Counted from the stretch's first letter, positions 1 through 9,935 are shown. The stretch: 64,000 nt of DNA from a candidate division TM6 bacterium GW2011_GWF2_32_72 (GCA_000989525.1 LBON01000001.1:8096-72095), one strand, 5' to 3'. A program made the numbers and translations. Notes: a model not told the origin generated them from the letters alone.

Positions 1-2
1 CC

Positions 3-386
3 ATGATAAAACCAGATGCCACATCAAAAGGTTATATTGCAGCCATAAAAAACAAAATACAAGAAAATGGTTTTACAATATTACAAGAAAAAGAGATGAA
101 ATTAACAAAAGATCAAGCTGAAGAATTTTACGCTGAACACAAAGAAAAGTCCTTCTTCCCAGAGCTCATAGAATTCATGACATCCGGAGACATTGTTGCT
201 TTAGAATTAGAAAAAAACAATGCAGTAACAGAATGGAGAAAGCTAATGGGCGCAACAAACCCAAGTGAAGCTGCTGAAGGAACAGTTCGCAAAGAATTCG
301 GCGCAAGCAAATCTCAAAATGCTGTTCATGGATCTGATTCAAAAGAATCAGCAGAAAGAGAATTATATTTAATTTTTGGAAAATAA
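3..386 (+). CDS. ndk: Nucleoside diphosphate kinase. The N-terminus lies outside the window.
   Basis: The translation carries the NDK C-terminal core, including the NAVHGSDS active-site histidine region. The frame is open to the window edge. Confidence 0.85.
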   Translation: MIKPDATSKGYIAAIKNKIQENGFTILQEKEMKLTKDQAEEFYAEHKEKSFFPELIEFMTSGDIVALELEKNNAVTEWRKLMGATNPSEAAEGTVRKEFGASKSQNAVHGSDSKESAERELYLIFGK

Positions 387-400
387 AAATAATCTAAAAA

Positions 401-436
401 ACGTGCAATGTTAAACAGGGCATTGCACGTTTTTAT
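401..436 (+). terminator. Rho-independent terminator after ndk.
   Basis: Perfect 10-bp stem acgtgcaatg/cattgcacgt with a 10-nt loop, followed by ttttat. Confidence 0.7.
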
Positions 437-463
437 AATCAATAATAATGTTTAGGGGAACGT

Positions 464-1618
464 ATGAAAAAAATATCTTTATTACTTCTATTTTGTGCCA
501 CAATAATCAAATCAAGTGACTTAATAGAAATACCAGACAGTACCACAGCCCCATTAAATATGAGCCAATTATTTTTTCAGGCAATAAACGAAAATAATGA
601 ACAAAAAGCGCTTGAAATTTTAACCCGCAATATCAAAATTAATAATATAAATCCAAATCACCCAGAAATGCTAAAAGCCCTACACCTTGCAGCCGCTCAT
701 GATATGCAAGAGTTATTTAAACAATTATCTAATTTAAAAGGCAACCCTTCTATTTTAGATTATAAAAGAAACACACCATTGCATTTTGCCCTAAATTACA
801 ATGCTCCACATGTTTTAGATTCATGTATAAAAAATGGACACAATAACTTTAAACAACCAAATAACGTTGGAATTTCTCCTATATATATTTGTGTTTTTAA
901 TAAATCCATGCCGATGTTTAAAGCCTGTTTAGAAAGTGATGCATCCCTAATGTACAAAATTATTGAAAAAACAAAAAACCAAACAAGCTTTTTCTTCAAT
1001 AATGACAGTGTTCATTTAATCCATTTATGCGCAGCATATGGCAATCTTGAACAAATTTTATATTTAGAACAAAAAGGTGTTGATTTAAACAAAAAAACTA
1101 AAAATGGCACAACCCCTTTGTTATGTGCTCTAGAATCACGCAATATAGAAACATTGATTTACATTTTTAAAAAAACCAATCATTATGAAAATCAAACCCT
1201 AGAAATGTCACCATTACATTGGGCTGCAGCTATAGATGATGATGTAAACTTTATCAATGATATCATAAACGACTATAACTTAGACATAAATATTAAAAAT
1301 GCAAAAGGACAAACCCCCTTACACATAGCTGTTCATTTTAATAATAAAAATGCCATAAAATACCTGCTCAAGCACGGGGCAAACCCTAATACCAGGGATA
1401 TTAAAGGAAATAGACCAATAGATTATTCCAACGATTATGAAACAATGTTGATGTTAAAAGAAATTCCCGGCATAATAAATCCTAGTAGCTTGTTCAAAAG
1501 AAAATTAGATCAAGAAGAAAATTTATTAAAAAATACTGAATCCGAAAAAGAATCACCTACAAGAAAAAAAAGAAGAAACGAAATTTCATTCCTATTAGAT
1601 TATTTTAATAATAATTAA
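464..1618 (+). CDS. Secreted ankyrin-repeat protein with a basic NLS-like C-terminal tail.
   Basis: N-terminal Sec-type signal peptide (MKKISLLLLFCATIIKS). Repeated ankyrin signatures are present: TPLHFAL, LHLAAAHD, TPLLCALESRN, SPLHWAA and QTPLHIAVHFNNKNAIKYLLKHGANPN. The C-terminus contains PTRKKRRNE. An RBS (gggga) precedes the ATG. Confidence 0.85.
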   Translation: MKKISLLLLFCATIIKSSDLIEIPDSTTAPLNMSQLFFQAINENNEQKALEILTRNIKINNINPNHPEMLKALHLAAAHDMQELFKQLSNLKGNPSILDYKRNTPLHFALNYNAPHVLDSCIKNGHNNFKQPNNVGISPIYICVFNKSMPMFKACLESDASLMYKIIEKTKNQTSFFFNNDSVHLIHLCAAYGNLEQILYLEQKGVDLNKKTKNGTTPLLCALESRNIETLIYIFKKTNHYENQTLEMSPLHWAAAIDDDVNFINDIINDYNLDINIKNAKGQTPLHIAVHFNNKNAIKYLLKHGANPNTRDIKGNRPIDYSNDYETMLMLKEIPGIINPSSLFKRKLDQEENLLKNTESEKESPTRKKRRNEISFLLDYFNNN

Positions 1619-1648
1619 TTCTTATTAAACTAGTAGTTTATATAAAAA

Positions 1649-1684
1649 AAGAGCAACTAAAATAAATTAGTTGCTCTTTTTTTA
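1649..1684 (+). terminator. Rho-independent terminator after the ankyrin gene.
   Basis: 11-bp stem agagcaactaa/ttagttgctct with a 6-nt loop and a T7 run. Confidence 0.75.
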
Positions 1685-1727
1685 TATAAACAATTATATT
1701 AAGTCAAAAATCAAAAAAGGGGCTATA

Positions 1728-2909
1728 ATGAAGAAAAAACTAAGTATATTTTTTAGTACACTAATATTAATAAATTCAAAATCTCACACAACTGAACAAG
1801 TTGACCCAATATCTAATATCCAAAATAATCAATTGATAAATTTTAAAATTGATACTCTAAACAAATCTGAAACTTTAAGCCCCTGTGAAAATAACAACCT
1901 CAACAATCCAGTAGAGCTAAATATAGATACAGAAATTGGTGAATATGCAGATTCTACAGAAACAAAAAGAAAAAGTGACTGGAAATACGTTTTTTTAGTC
2001 GTTCATGGAACCTGGGCACAAAATACACCTTGGTGGGCATCAGATCAACCATTTGCGCAACAATTACTTGAAGGATCAAAGTTTATTGGAAAAAAAATGG
2101 CCGAAAGTATCGGCTTTAAATGGTCAGGAGAATTAAATCATGAAGACAGAGAGGCTGCAGCCAAAGAATTAGTAAAATTAATTGAACGCTTCGATTCAAA
2201 AACAAAAATAATATGTGTCTCACATAGTCATGGTACAAATATTGTAAATATGGCATCACAAATTCTACGAGAAAAAGAATTAAAACAAGCATCCCAACGC
2301 CCCCATTCATTACTTCCCGAAGCAGAAAATCCAAAACATCGATATAAAATTGATACTGTTTATGCTCTAGCTACACCTGTGGAAATGACAAAATATTATC
2401 CTGATATGAATATCATTAAACGTTTTTATAATTTTTTTTCATTTAAAGATGGAATCCAAACAGTATTTGGCACATACAATCGTATATATCCAAAACATCA
2501 TCGAATTTCCAATATTCGAATTTTTTTAGATGATCAAGAACCTAGCCATACAACTATTCATCCATGTTTACTTTCTCACTGGCTGCCTCTTGTTCACAAA
2601 TATCTTTGGAAGCGCAACATTGGAGGATTTCAAAACTTTCAATTCGGTGAATGTGCGGAAGTTAGAGTTTATAAACACAAAGTTCCAACATATAAGTTAG
2701 ACCCAAATATAATAAATATAGCCGAAGCCGAAAAACACAGCCGATCAGAAGGAACCAGATCATTAATGGAAATAGAAAAAAATTATACAGATGAATTAAA
2801 AGAAAAATTTGAAGAAGAGCAGCAAGCTGAAATACCAGATATTCAAACAGCTGTTGCCTTAAAACTTTACATAACAAAAGTTTGTGAAAATAAGATTTCA
2901 ACAATATAA
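1728..2909 (+). CDS. Secreted alpha/beta-hydrolase fold esterase/lipase-like protein. The start is taken at the internal ATG, which has an RBS.
   Basis: Signal peptide MKKKLSIFFSTLILINS. The VVHGTW motif lies about 100 residues before a nucleophile-elbow-like CVSHSHGTN (GxSxG-like SHSHG). The aaagggg RBS sits 8 nt upstream of the ATG at 1728. The ORF-track start at 1671 lies inside the upstream terminator. Confidence 0.55.
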   Translation: MKKKLSIFFSTLILINSKSHTTEQVDPISNIQNNQLINFKIDTLNKSETLSPCENNNLNNPVELNIDTEIGEYADSTETKRKSDWKYVFLVVHGTWAQNTPWWASDQPFAQQLLEGSKFIGKKMAESIGFKWSGELNHEDREAAAKELVKLIERFDSKTKIICVSHSHGTNIVNMASQILREKELKQASQRPHSLLPEAENPKHRYKIDTVYALATPVEMTKYYPDMNIIKRFYNFFSFKDGIQTVFGTYNRIYPKHHRISNIRIFLDDQEPSHTTIHPCLLSHWLPLVHKYLWKRNIGGFQNFQFGECAEVRVYKHKVPTYKLDPNIINIAEAEKHSRSEGTRSLMEIEKNYTDELKEKFEEEQQAEIPDIQTAVALKLYITKVCENKISTI

Positions 2910-3000
2910 ACGACCAACCAAAAACTCAAACAAATGTTGAAAAAATAATTTTAATATAAGAATTTATAAAAAAATTCAAAAACACTGATTTTTAACATAA

Positions 3001-3230
3001 AAAAAGGACTCGATCCTTCAACTAACTCAGGATGAAATCCGTCTTTATTTTTATTAACAATCAGTGAATATCATTAGAAAAAGTTAGAAGTTTACAGTTT
3101 AAAAGTCTTGTAGGACATCATTTAATAACAATCACATAGTTTAGGACTACAAATCTAGAACAACGCAATAAAATACAAATTAATATGACGGATGTCATCC
3201 TGAACTAGTCGAAGGATAAAGTCCCTTAAA
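3001..3230. repeat. MITE-like repeat element, copy A, with imperfect terminal inverted repeats of about 40 bp.
   Basis: Left end is aaggactcgatccttcaactaactcaggatgaaatccgtc. Right end is gacggatgtcatcctgaactagtcgaaggataaagtccctt, which is its approximate reverse complement. A second copy lies at 24511-24757. Confidence 0.6.
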
Positions 3231-3257
3231 TAATTTTACTATAAACTTTTAACGTAG

Positions 3258-3746
3258 TTATTTATGTTTTTTTAATTCGTCCAAATGTTTTAAAGCCTCG
3301 TCCAAAACACCATTAACAAACTTATAGGCATCTTTTTCTGAAAAACCCTTAGAAAGTTCAATAGCCTCATTCAAAACTATATTTGGAGCAATATCTGTAT
3401 TTAAAAGTTCCCAGATAGCCAATCGTAATATCAAATGAGTACTAACACTTAGACGTTCCAATTTCCAATTAGCAAGCAATGGTTTTATAACTTCATCAAG
3501 CTTTTTTCTGCTCTCTATCACAGACTCGGTTATATTAAAAACTTCACCATCTTCGGCAATATCCAAATCATAAAAACGATTATAATTTGCAACAATCGAA
3601 TTCAAAGATGATTGATAATCAAAACATTCCACAGAATAAAGCAAATGATAAATTAAAGCCCTAACATCTTTACGAGAAAGTTCCGTAACTTTTACAGGGA
3701 TATTTTCATGATTACCATTAGAGTTTTCCATTCCATTTCCCCTCAA
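3258..3746 (-). CDS. nusB: Transcription antitermination factor NusB.
   Basis: 162 aa, with NusB-like helical-core motifs (LIYHLLYSVE...ILRLAIWELL...FVNGVLD). Confidence 0.8.
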   Translation of the reverse strand: MRGNGMENSNGNHENIPVKVTELSRKDVRALIYHLLYSVECFDYQSSLNSIVANYNRFYDLDIAEDGEVFNITESVIESRKKLDEVIKPLLANWKLERLSVSTHLILRLAIWELLNTDIAPNIVLNEAIELSKGFSEKDAYKFVNGVLDEALKHLDELKKHK

Positions 3747-3748
3747 CC

Positions 3749-4315
3749 TTACTTATTTACACGCTCTATATAAAGAGATTCTCTAGTGTCAACTTTAAGA
3801 ACATCGCCTTCTTGAACAAATAATGGAACCTGCAAAACAAGCCCTGTATCCATAGTTGCTGGTTTACTACCTGCACCTTGTGCGGTGTCGCCTTTAACTC
3901 CAGGAGGTGTGTCCATTACTTTTAAATTCATAAACATAGGAGCATTAACTGCTATAGGTTTTTCTTTAAAATACAATATTGTATAAATTTCCTGTTCTTG
4001 CAAAAAATTCATCACATCTTCAAGCGCATTTCTATTTAAAGATTCTTGCTCAAATGATTCTTGATCCATAAAATGATAAATTCCATCGTCTTCATATAGA
4101 TATTGCATCTTTTTATATGCCAAATCTGGAGCAGGAAATTTTTCACCGGATCTAAAAGTTTCTTCTCTTATTAAACCAGTAATCAAATTTTTCATTTTTG
4201 TTCTAAGAAACGCGCCACCTTTGCCAGGTTTTACGTGTTGATAATCAATTACAGAATAAGGCTCATCTCTAAAAAGAATTTTAGTACCTTTTTTAAAATC
4301 TGAAGTAGCAATCAC
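3749..4315 (-). CDS. efp: Elongation factor P.
   Basis: The N-terminal motif ...EPYSVIDYQHVKPGKGGAFLRTKMKNLITG matches the EF-P KPGKG loop. Length is 188 aa. Confidence 0.9.
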   Translation of the reverse strand: MIATSDFKKGTKILFRDEPYSVIDYQHVKPGKGGAFLRTKMKNLITGLIREETFRSGEKFPAPDLAYKKMQYLYEDDGIYHFMDQESFEQESLNRNALEDVMNFLQEQEIYTILYFKEKPIAVNAPMFMNLKVMDTPPGVKGDTAQGAGSKPATMDTGLVLQVPLFVQEGDVLKVDTRESLYIERVNK

Positions 4316-4429
4316 GGTTAATTCCTCAAAAATACGTTAAATAAACAGATTGGATTAAATAATTATAAAGGAAGGAAGGCAAAAACTCAACAACCAAACA
4401 AGCAAAAAGGGCCTGATTTAGCCAAAAAT

Positions 4430-5935
4430 TTAAAAAGTTAAACCAATTTTAGCCCAAAAACCCCATTTAGAAAGGGCTGAGTTTTGATGAGGTGTTTCAA
4501 TAAATCCACCTATACCACCAAATCCGGCATATTGCTCACCTTCACCTTGGAATCCGGCAGCTATATGAAATTTATAAGTAGCAGCTTCTGTTGCAGCGCA
4601 AGACTTTAGATCCAAATCATCCTTTGTAATATAGGTAAAGTTAGAGTCACGAACAAATCCTGATCCTGAATCTGTACCAGAAACTGTTGAAATTGTGCTC
4701 AAGCTCGCAGACGGATAATACTTAACACTTTCAACCTCATACTCATCTCCGGCTATTCCATAAGCATTTGCTCTAAAATGTTTGTCTTTAACTGTAATTT
4801 TTTCATCTCCATGACCCCAATAACCAAAGCCACTATCTAAGCTAAAATGACCACAAACATACCTAAGACCAACACTCAAATCAACCTGATTAAATGGCTC
4901 TACCTTGGCTTTTATAGTCAAATAATTAACCCCAGGAATTGTTCTTGCGCTATCTTTTTCTCTTAACAATAAATATCTAGTCCAAACACCATTTTTTAAA
5001 TCAAAGGTTCTGTATTCATAATTTTTAAGAGCCAAAATAGATTCAACATCCAAAAACAAGGCAAATAAATATCCTGCATCTTGACTGCTAAATGGCACCT
5101 GAAAGTTGGCGCCTGCTATAAAATTAAAATGTCTATTATTGCCAAGTTGAGGTGCAAATATATAGTCTATATTTGGCTTTTTTTCTACTGGAACGGCAAC
5201 ACCAGTAACAGAAGAAACCTCAAAACCTTTATCATTGTGATAGTTGGAAACTAAATTTAAACGAATTTCTGGAACCCCAGATTTATTCAAATCTTTCATG
5301 GAAAATCTAGAATAATGCATATCACAACTACTTAAAGCTTCTCCAATTTCACCAACACAACTACCTAAACACCCAACATTATTTCCAACAACATCTTCTT
5401 TAAAGTTAATATTATTTTTCATTTCAACAATAATTGGAAGAACAACATTTAAAGAAAAATACTTAAAAAAGGAATGCGATAAAAACTTTTTAAGATCCTG
5501 ACTATACTCAAACCAAAAACCCATTTGCTCCTGCTTGGGGTCTATTTGAAAATTACCAGAAAAACTACTAGGCAATCCTAACCATTCTGCTCTGATGTCT
5601 CTTTCTAAAAAAGTATTATTCACAAAGTCATCACCATCACCTTTAACAGTGATAACACGTTTTCTTGCAGGTAAAAAATAATATCCAGTTTTTACATGAC
5701 TTATAGATTGTTCACCAAATGCAATCGCCTGAAATCCTGCCAAAAATGGACTTTTTTTACCATGAGTTATTGCGTGCCAAAAACTTTGCACCATGCTTAC
5801 ACTCTGATAAGCAGGCCGCGTATACATAAACGATTTACCAAAATATTTTGAACCAAAATGAATACAATCTTGACTCGTTGTATCTGCATTTAAACCCGTA
5901 AATATAGTTAAAAATATAAGAAACTTTTTCATCAC
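4430..5935 (-). CDS. Outer-membrane beta-barrel protein (porin-like).
   Basis: Signal peptide MMKKFLIFLTIFTGLNA. Alternating amphipathic beta-strand composition rich in G, Y and F. The C-terminal residue is aromatic (…KIGLTF), as expected for BAM recognition. Confidence 0.55.
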   Translation of the reverse strand: MMKKFLIFLTIFTGLNADTTSQDCIHFGSKYFGKSFMYTRPAYQSVSMVQSFWHAITHGKKSPFLAGFQAIAFGEQSISHVKTGYYFLPARKRVITVKGDGDDFVNNTFLERDIRAEWLGLPSSFSGNFQIDPKQEQMGFWFEYSQDLKKFLSHSFFKYFSLNVVLPIIVEMKNNINFKEDVVGNNVGCLGSCVGEIGEALSSCDMHYSRFSMKDLNKSGVPEIRLNLVSNYHNDKGFEVSSVTGVAVPVEKKPNIDYIFAPQLGNNRHFNFIAGANFQVPFSSQDAGYLFALFLDVESILALKNYEYRTFDLKNGVWTRYLLLREKDSARTIPGVNYLTIKAKVEPFNQVDLSVGLRYVCGHFSLDSGFGYWGHGDEKITVKDKHFRANAYGIAGDEYEVESVKYYPSASLSTISTVSGTDSGSGFVRDSNFTYITKDDLDLKSCAATEAATYKFHIAAGFQGEGEQYAGFGGIGGFIETPHQNSALSKWGFWAKIGLTF

Positions 5936-6098
5936 TACTTAACCTTTCAATCTAAATAATCAATCATACGAATATCAGATTTGTTTACCCAATCTTTCCA
6001 CAAAGATTTTACATCACAGAAAGCCTTTTTTTATAATCGGTGATGTTTAGCTTAAATAAGGTTATCAGGAAATACAAGACTTCAGGTTATTTTAACTA

Positions 6099-6974
6099 TT
6101 ATATTGTCCAATTCGCAGACTTATTCTCATAAACAATATCCGCTATGGCTTGAGAAATCGCGATAGCATTTTCTGTAGAGTTCTGAAAAATATTTCTGCC
6201 GGTTGCTGTGCCCATAGCCCCACCAAGATAAATTTGATCGTGTAAAGTTTGTAAATATTTTTTTGTATCTTCTTTTGCACCACCTGAACAAATTAAATTC
6301 GTCCTACCTGCAGCTTCAACCGCAATTTTTAAATCAGCTATTGTTTTTGGAGCTTTTACTTTTACAAAATCTGCACCCAAACAAAGTCCAACACCAGCCG
6401 CACCTGCTATAATTTCAGGATCATATTCATCTTTAATGCATTCGCCTTTTGGATAAATCCAAAGCGTTGCTATTAAACCAAATTGATGCGCCTCAGAAAC
6501 AATTTGCGCAGCCTGAGTCAACATATCCGATTCATATTTGCTGCCTAAATAAATTGTATAACCAACTCCACAAACTTTTAAACCAGATTGAATTTTAAAA
6601 TTCATAACATTGTTTACACCCCAAAGAGCCCGACTTGTTGGATCACCCGCACAAAAAAGATTTGTTTTAGAATTTAATTTAACAATATAATTTATATCGT
6701 TGTAATCTTTTCCATATTTTGAAATCAAACCAAGTTGAGTTGCAAAAGCGCCACAACCACCTTTTTGTGCAATTTTAAAAAGATTTTCTGGATCATTTAC
6801 ATCTGGATGCAAACTCTTATCATAAAAATCTTTATTCATATGTTCTAGTTTGTGGTCTGCAGCAAACAAAAACAATTTGCCAGTATCTTTTGTTATGGTT
6901 TGATAATTTTTTAAATAAAGTTTTTCTGCCTGATGAAAAACATCTGCCGGTATTCTAATTTTTAAATTCTTCAT
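6099..6974 (-). CDS. fbaB: Class I fructose-bisphosphate aldolase, DhnA/FbaB type.
   Basis: Blocks match FbaB: VKLNSKTNL, GYTIYLGSK, LGADFVKVK (Schiff-base lysine region), ICSGGA and ATGRNIFQ. Confidence 0.75.
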   Translation of the reverse strand: MKNLKIRIPADVFHQAEKLYLKNYQTITKDTGKLFLFAADHKLEHMNKDFYDKSLHPDVNDPENLFKIAQKGGCGAFATQLGLISKYGKDYNDINYIVKLNSKTNLFCAGDPTSRALWGVNNVMNFKIQSGLKVCGVGYTIYLGSKYESDMLTQAAQIVSEAHQFGLIATLWIYPKGECIKDEYDPEIIAGAAGVGLCLGADFVKVKAPKTIADLKIAVEAAGRTNLICSGGAKEDTKKYLQTLHDQIYLGGAMGTATGRNIFQNSTENAIAISQAIADIVYENKSANWTI

Positions 6975-7007
6975 ATTTATCCTTATATTGCAAATTGTGT
7001 TGAAAAA

Positions 7008-8648
7008 TCAAATAACACGATCATGAATTAAAAGTTTTTCTGCAATTTTTTCAAATAATGGGGCAACAGTATTTGCAGCAAATAATTTTTGTTTAACTTC
7101 CGGTTCTTTTGCAAATGTCACTATAACTCTTCTATAATCACCTTTTTCAACAATTCCACAAAATGCATACCTATTTTTTGTAACATCATATTTACCATTA
7201 ACAACCATATTGGCTGTTCCTGTTTTTCCCATAACTTTATACCCATTAATTTTTGCTTTTACAGCCGTTCCTTGCAAAATTGTTTTTTCTAAAATATCTC
7301 TAATTTCCGAAATACTTTGGTCGCTATAAAGTTTTTCTTTTTTATTTTCTACCGGGTTTTCAGTCAAAATTAACTTTGGATGAACTTTATACCCACCATT
7401 TGCAACAATACAAAAAGCTTTAGCTAATTGGAGCAATGATCCAGTAATTTCATATCCAAAAGAAAGGGAAACGGGCGATCGCTTTGACCAATTATTGGGA
7501 GGATTTACAAAGCCAGATTGTTCTCCAGGAAGAGGAATATTAGTTTTTTCACCAAATCCAACCCTGGTGTAATGATCATAAAGCTTTTCACCTAACTTTT
7601 TACCCACAAATGCCATGCCTATATTATTTGAATTTTGAACAACTTCTGCAAATGTTGCTTTACCTAAAGCTATAGTTGTGCTCAAATTAATACCATCTAT
7701 TTTTACATTTTTTGAACCACCACAATCAATAATATCATCTGGTCTAATCACACCTTCTTCAAGAGCAGCCAAAGAAACAAAAACTTTCATAACAGAACCA
7801 AGCTCATACACATTAGAAATGGTTCTATTTTTTATACTTTCAACATCAACATTTGATATATCATTAGGATCAAAATCAGGAAGACTTACTAGTGCCAAAA
7901 TTTCACCATTATCAGGATTTATAATTACAGCCGAAACTTCCTTAAAGCCGAATTTTTCAAGACATTCTTTTGCTTCTTCCACGGCTAAAAACTGCAAGTC
8001 TGAATCTATAGTTAATTTAATTGGCAAAGAACTAATACCTTCTTCTTTTGTAGATTTTTTAAAATAAAACTGATTAGATCTAGCATCTTTTTCTAAAGAA
8101 ACTTTTTCTGGAGATCCTGACAATTTATCATTAAAAAGCAATTCTATTCCTGTAATTCCTACATTATCAATATTGGTCATTCCAACAATCGTCCCTACAA
8201 ATGGGCATGGATAGAACCTACCGGCTTCTTTAACAATTTTAATGTCTGATATATTAGAATCTTCTATAAGTTTTTTTTCCGCATCACTCAGTCTTCTTTT
8301 TATATAAAAAAAGTTAGGTTCAGTATTTTTTTCAAATCGCTCTGCGGCATGTGGAAAATTTTTCTGTAAAAACATTAAAGTGTGTTCCGCTGTTTCCATA
8401 CTTTTTGGAACTAAAAAGGCAGAATATATTTCTTTATTAATCGCCAACGGCCTTGTACCTGTCCGATCATAAATCAATCCCCTTGGTGGAGAAATTTCTA
8501 ACGATACATTATATTGTCGCTCGGCCAAAGATGAAAAAAAACTTTGTTGTTTAATTTGCACAATATAAAGATTGAATATCAATAAACCATACAAAACAAT
8601 AAATATAAAAAAAACAAAAGAAGTTCTAATTTTGATCGAATGATCCAT
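7008..8648 (-). CDS. ftsI: Penicillin-binding protein (PBP2/FtsI-type transpeptidase).
   Basis: N-terminal TM anchor. The three transpeptidase motifs are present: SxxK (GSVMK), SxN (NSNN) and KTG (MGKTGTA). Confidence 0.85.
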   Translation of the reverse strand: MDHSIKIRTSFVFFIFIVLYGLLIFNLYIVQIKQQSFFSSLAERQYNVSLEISPPRGLIYDRTGTRPLAINKEIYSAFLVPKSMETAEHTLMFLQKNFPHAAERFEKNTEPNFFYIKRRLSDAEKKLIEDSNISDIKIVKEAGRFYPCPFVGTIVGMTNIDNVGITGIELLFNDKLSGSPEKVSLEKDARSNQFYFKKSTKEEGISSLPIKLTIDSDLQFLAVEEAKECLEKFGFKEVSAVIINPDNGEILALVSLPDFDPNDISNVDVESIKNRTISNVYELGSVMKVFVSLAALEEGVIRPDDIIDCGGSKNVKIDGINLSTTIALGKATFAEVVQNSNNIGMAFVGKKLGEKLYDHYTRVGFGEKTNIPLPGEQSGFVNPPNNWSKRSPVSLSFGYEITGSLLQLAKAFCIVANGGYKVHPKLILTENPVENKKEKLYSDQSISEIRDILEKTILQGTAVKAKINGYKVMGKTGTANMVVNGKYDVTKNRYAFCGIVEKGDYRRVIVTFAKEPEVKQKLFAANTVAPLFEKIAEKLLIHDRVI

Positions 8649-8657
8649 ATCAGTATA

Positions 8658-8924
8658 CTACCCCAATCTTTTAACCTGATTCAAATTAAGTTTCTGCATT
8701 TTTAATTCATCTTGAGCAAACTTTTTAACATTTTTTTGACTCTTAATTTCATAAAGCTCTTCCAGCAATCTATCCTTTAAGGTGGACAAATCCTTTTTTT
8801 GATTTTCAAGTTTTTGATTTCTGTAAGACTCTTTTACAAATAAACTATTTTTATGAATGTGCAAAAAAATAAGTGATATTTGGATAAATACAAATAAAAT
8901 AAAAAAAAGAAAACGCTTTTTCAT
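8658..8924 (-). CDS. ftsL: FtsL-like small bitopic cell-division protein.
   Basis: 88 aa with a single N-terminal TM followed by a charged coiled-coil segment. It sits immediately upstream of ftsI in the same orientation, with a 9-bp gap. Confidence 0.45.
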   Translation of the reverse strand: MKKRFLFFILFVFIQISLIFLHIHKNSLFVKESYRNQKLENQKKDLSTLKDRLLEELYEIKSQKNVKKFAQDELKMQKLNLNQVKRLG

Positions 8925-8949
8925 TACCTACTCAACCTATAAAACCTTT

Positions 8950-9483
8950 TTATACTACACCCTCTATAGTCATTCTGAATGTGTTTGTTTTTTTATCCAA
9001 CCATAAAATAGAATAAAAAGACACTTCTTTATTTAATAATTCTTCTGAATCATCATAAGCCAACTCATCTACAACTCCAACATGTTCTGATAATAAAAAT
9101 GTTTGATTAAACCTAGTCGTTTGAAAAATTGGTGTTTTATCTTCTAATAAAATAATTTGTCCCTTGAAAAAACCCTCTATACTATTTGGTACAAAACCAT
9201 CTTTAGCTAATTCAGATATTATAGAATTAATATCTAACATAGGGCCATCCAAAGACATTAAATCAAAATATCCAGACTCAAAATCATTATCTTTTTTTAC
9301 AAAATTAATTGAAGCTAAACCACTGACAGATTTTAACCTTTTAATAGCTAATTTTGCACAAGTCTTACACTCAACATCATCTATCTTAATTTTAAAGGGG
9401 GTTGCAACAATTTGATTTTTTCTATTTTTTATTTTAGAAGAAACCTTTTGCTTACAACCACCCATCAAAATTAAAACAACCAT
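8950..9483 (-). CDS. Putative lipoprotein with a CxxC (HMA-like) domain. The start is uncertain.
   Basis: The internal start MVVLILMGGC gives a lipobox-like LMGGC. The IKIDDVECKTCAKLAIKRLKSVSGL segment resembles a heavy-metal-associated CxxC fold. The longer ORF starting at 9561 would overlap trxA. Confidence 0.35.
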   Translation of the reverse strand: MVVLILMGGCKQKVSSKIKNRKNQIVATPFKIKIDDVECKTCAKLAIKRLKSVSGLASINFVKKDNDFESGYFDLMSLDGPMLDINSIISELAKDGFVPNSIEGFFKGQIILLEDKTPIFQTTRFNQTFLLSEHVGVVDELAYDDSEELLNKEVSFYSILWLDKKTNTFRMTIEGVV

Positions 9484-9541
9484 CGAAACAATTAATAAAT
9501 GTTTGTTCTTGAATAAAGCTTGAATCAAGTAAAATAAATTT

Positions 9542-9865
9542 CTAACTTGCAATATGTGCATCGATCTTTTCTTTGAGCGCTTTTTTACTTAATTGACCCA
9601 TTTCTTTTTTTACAACATTTCCATTTTTAATAAAAACAAATGTAGGAATTGACGTTACTCCGTATTCTATAGCCAACTCTCGCGCCTCATCTACATTCAA
9701 TTTAGCAAATTTACACTTACCCAAAAATTCTTGTTCTAATTCTTCAAAAATGGGAGTCATCATTTGGCATGGTCCACACCAGCTGGCATAAATATCTAAA
9801 ATTATTGGACCTGAGTGAGATTTTATCTCTGAGTTGAAATTTTCTTTTGTTATTGCAACAACCAT
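9542..9865 (-). CDS. trxA: Thioredoxin.
   Basis: 107 aa with the WCGPC active site. Confidence 0.9.
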   Translation of the reverse strand: MVVAITKENFNSEIKSHSGPIILDIYASWCGPCQMMTPIFEELEQEFLGKCKFAKLNVDEARELAIEYGVTSIPTFVFIKNGNVVKKEMGQLSKKALKEKIDAHIAS

Positions 9866-9935
9866 AATTACCTTTCATTATTTTTTAGCGGTTTATAAAA
9901 GATATAATTTAGATAATTTTACACACAAGTCTAGA

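Noticed and set aside
128-310. 60-aa antisense ORF inside ndk.
   Set aside because: It lies fully within a confidently identified gene on the opposite strand. Its composition is typical of antisense AT-rich DNA.
7089-8067. Plus-strand ORFs (67 and 129 aa) within ftsI.
   Set aside because: Antisense to a conserved PBP gene. No RBS. Low-complexity translation.
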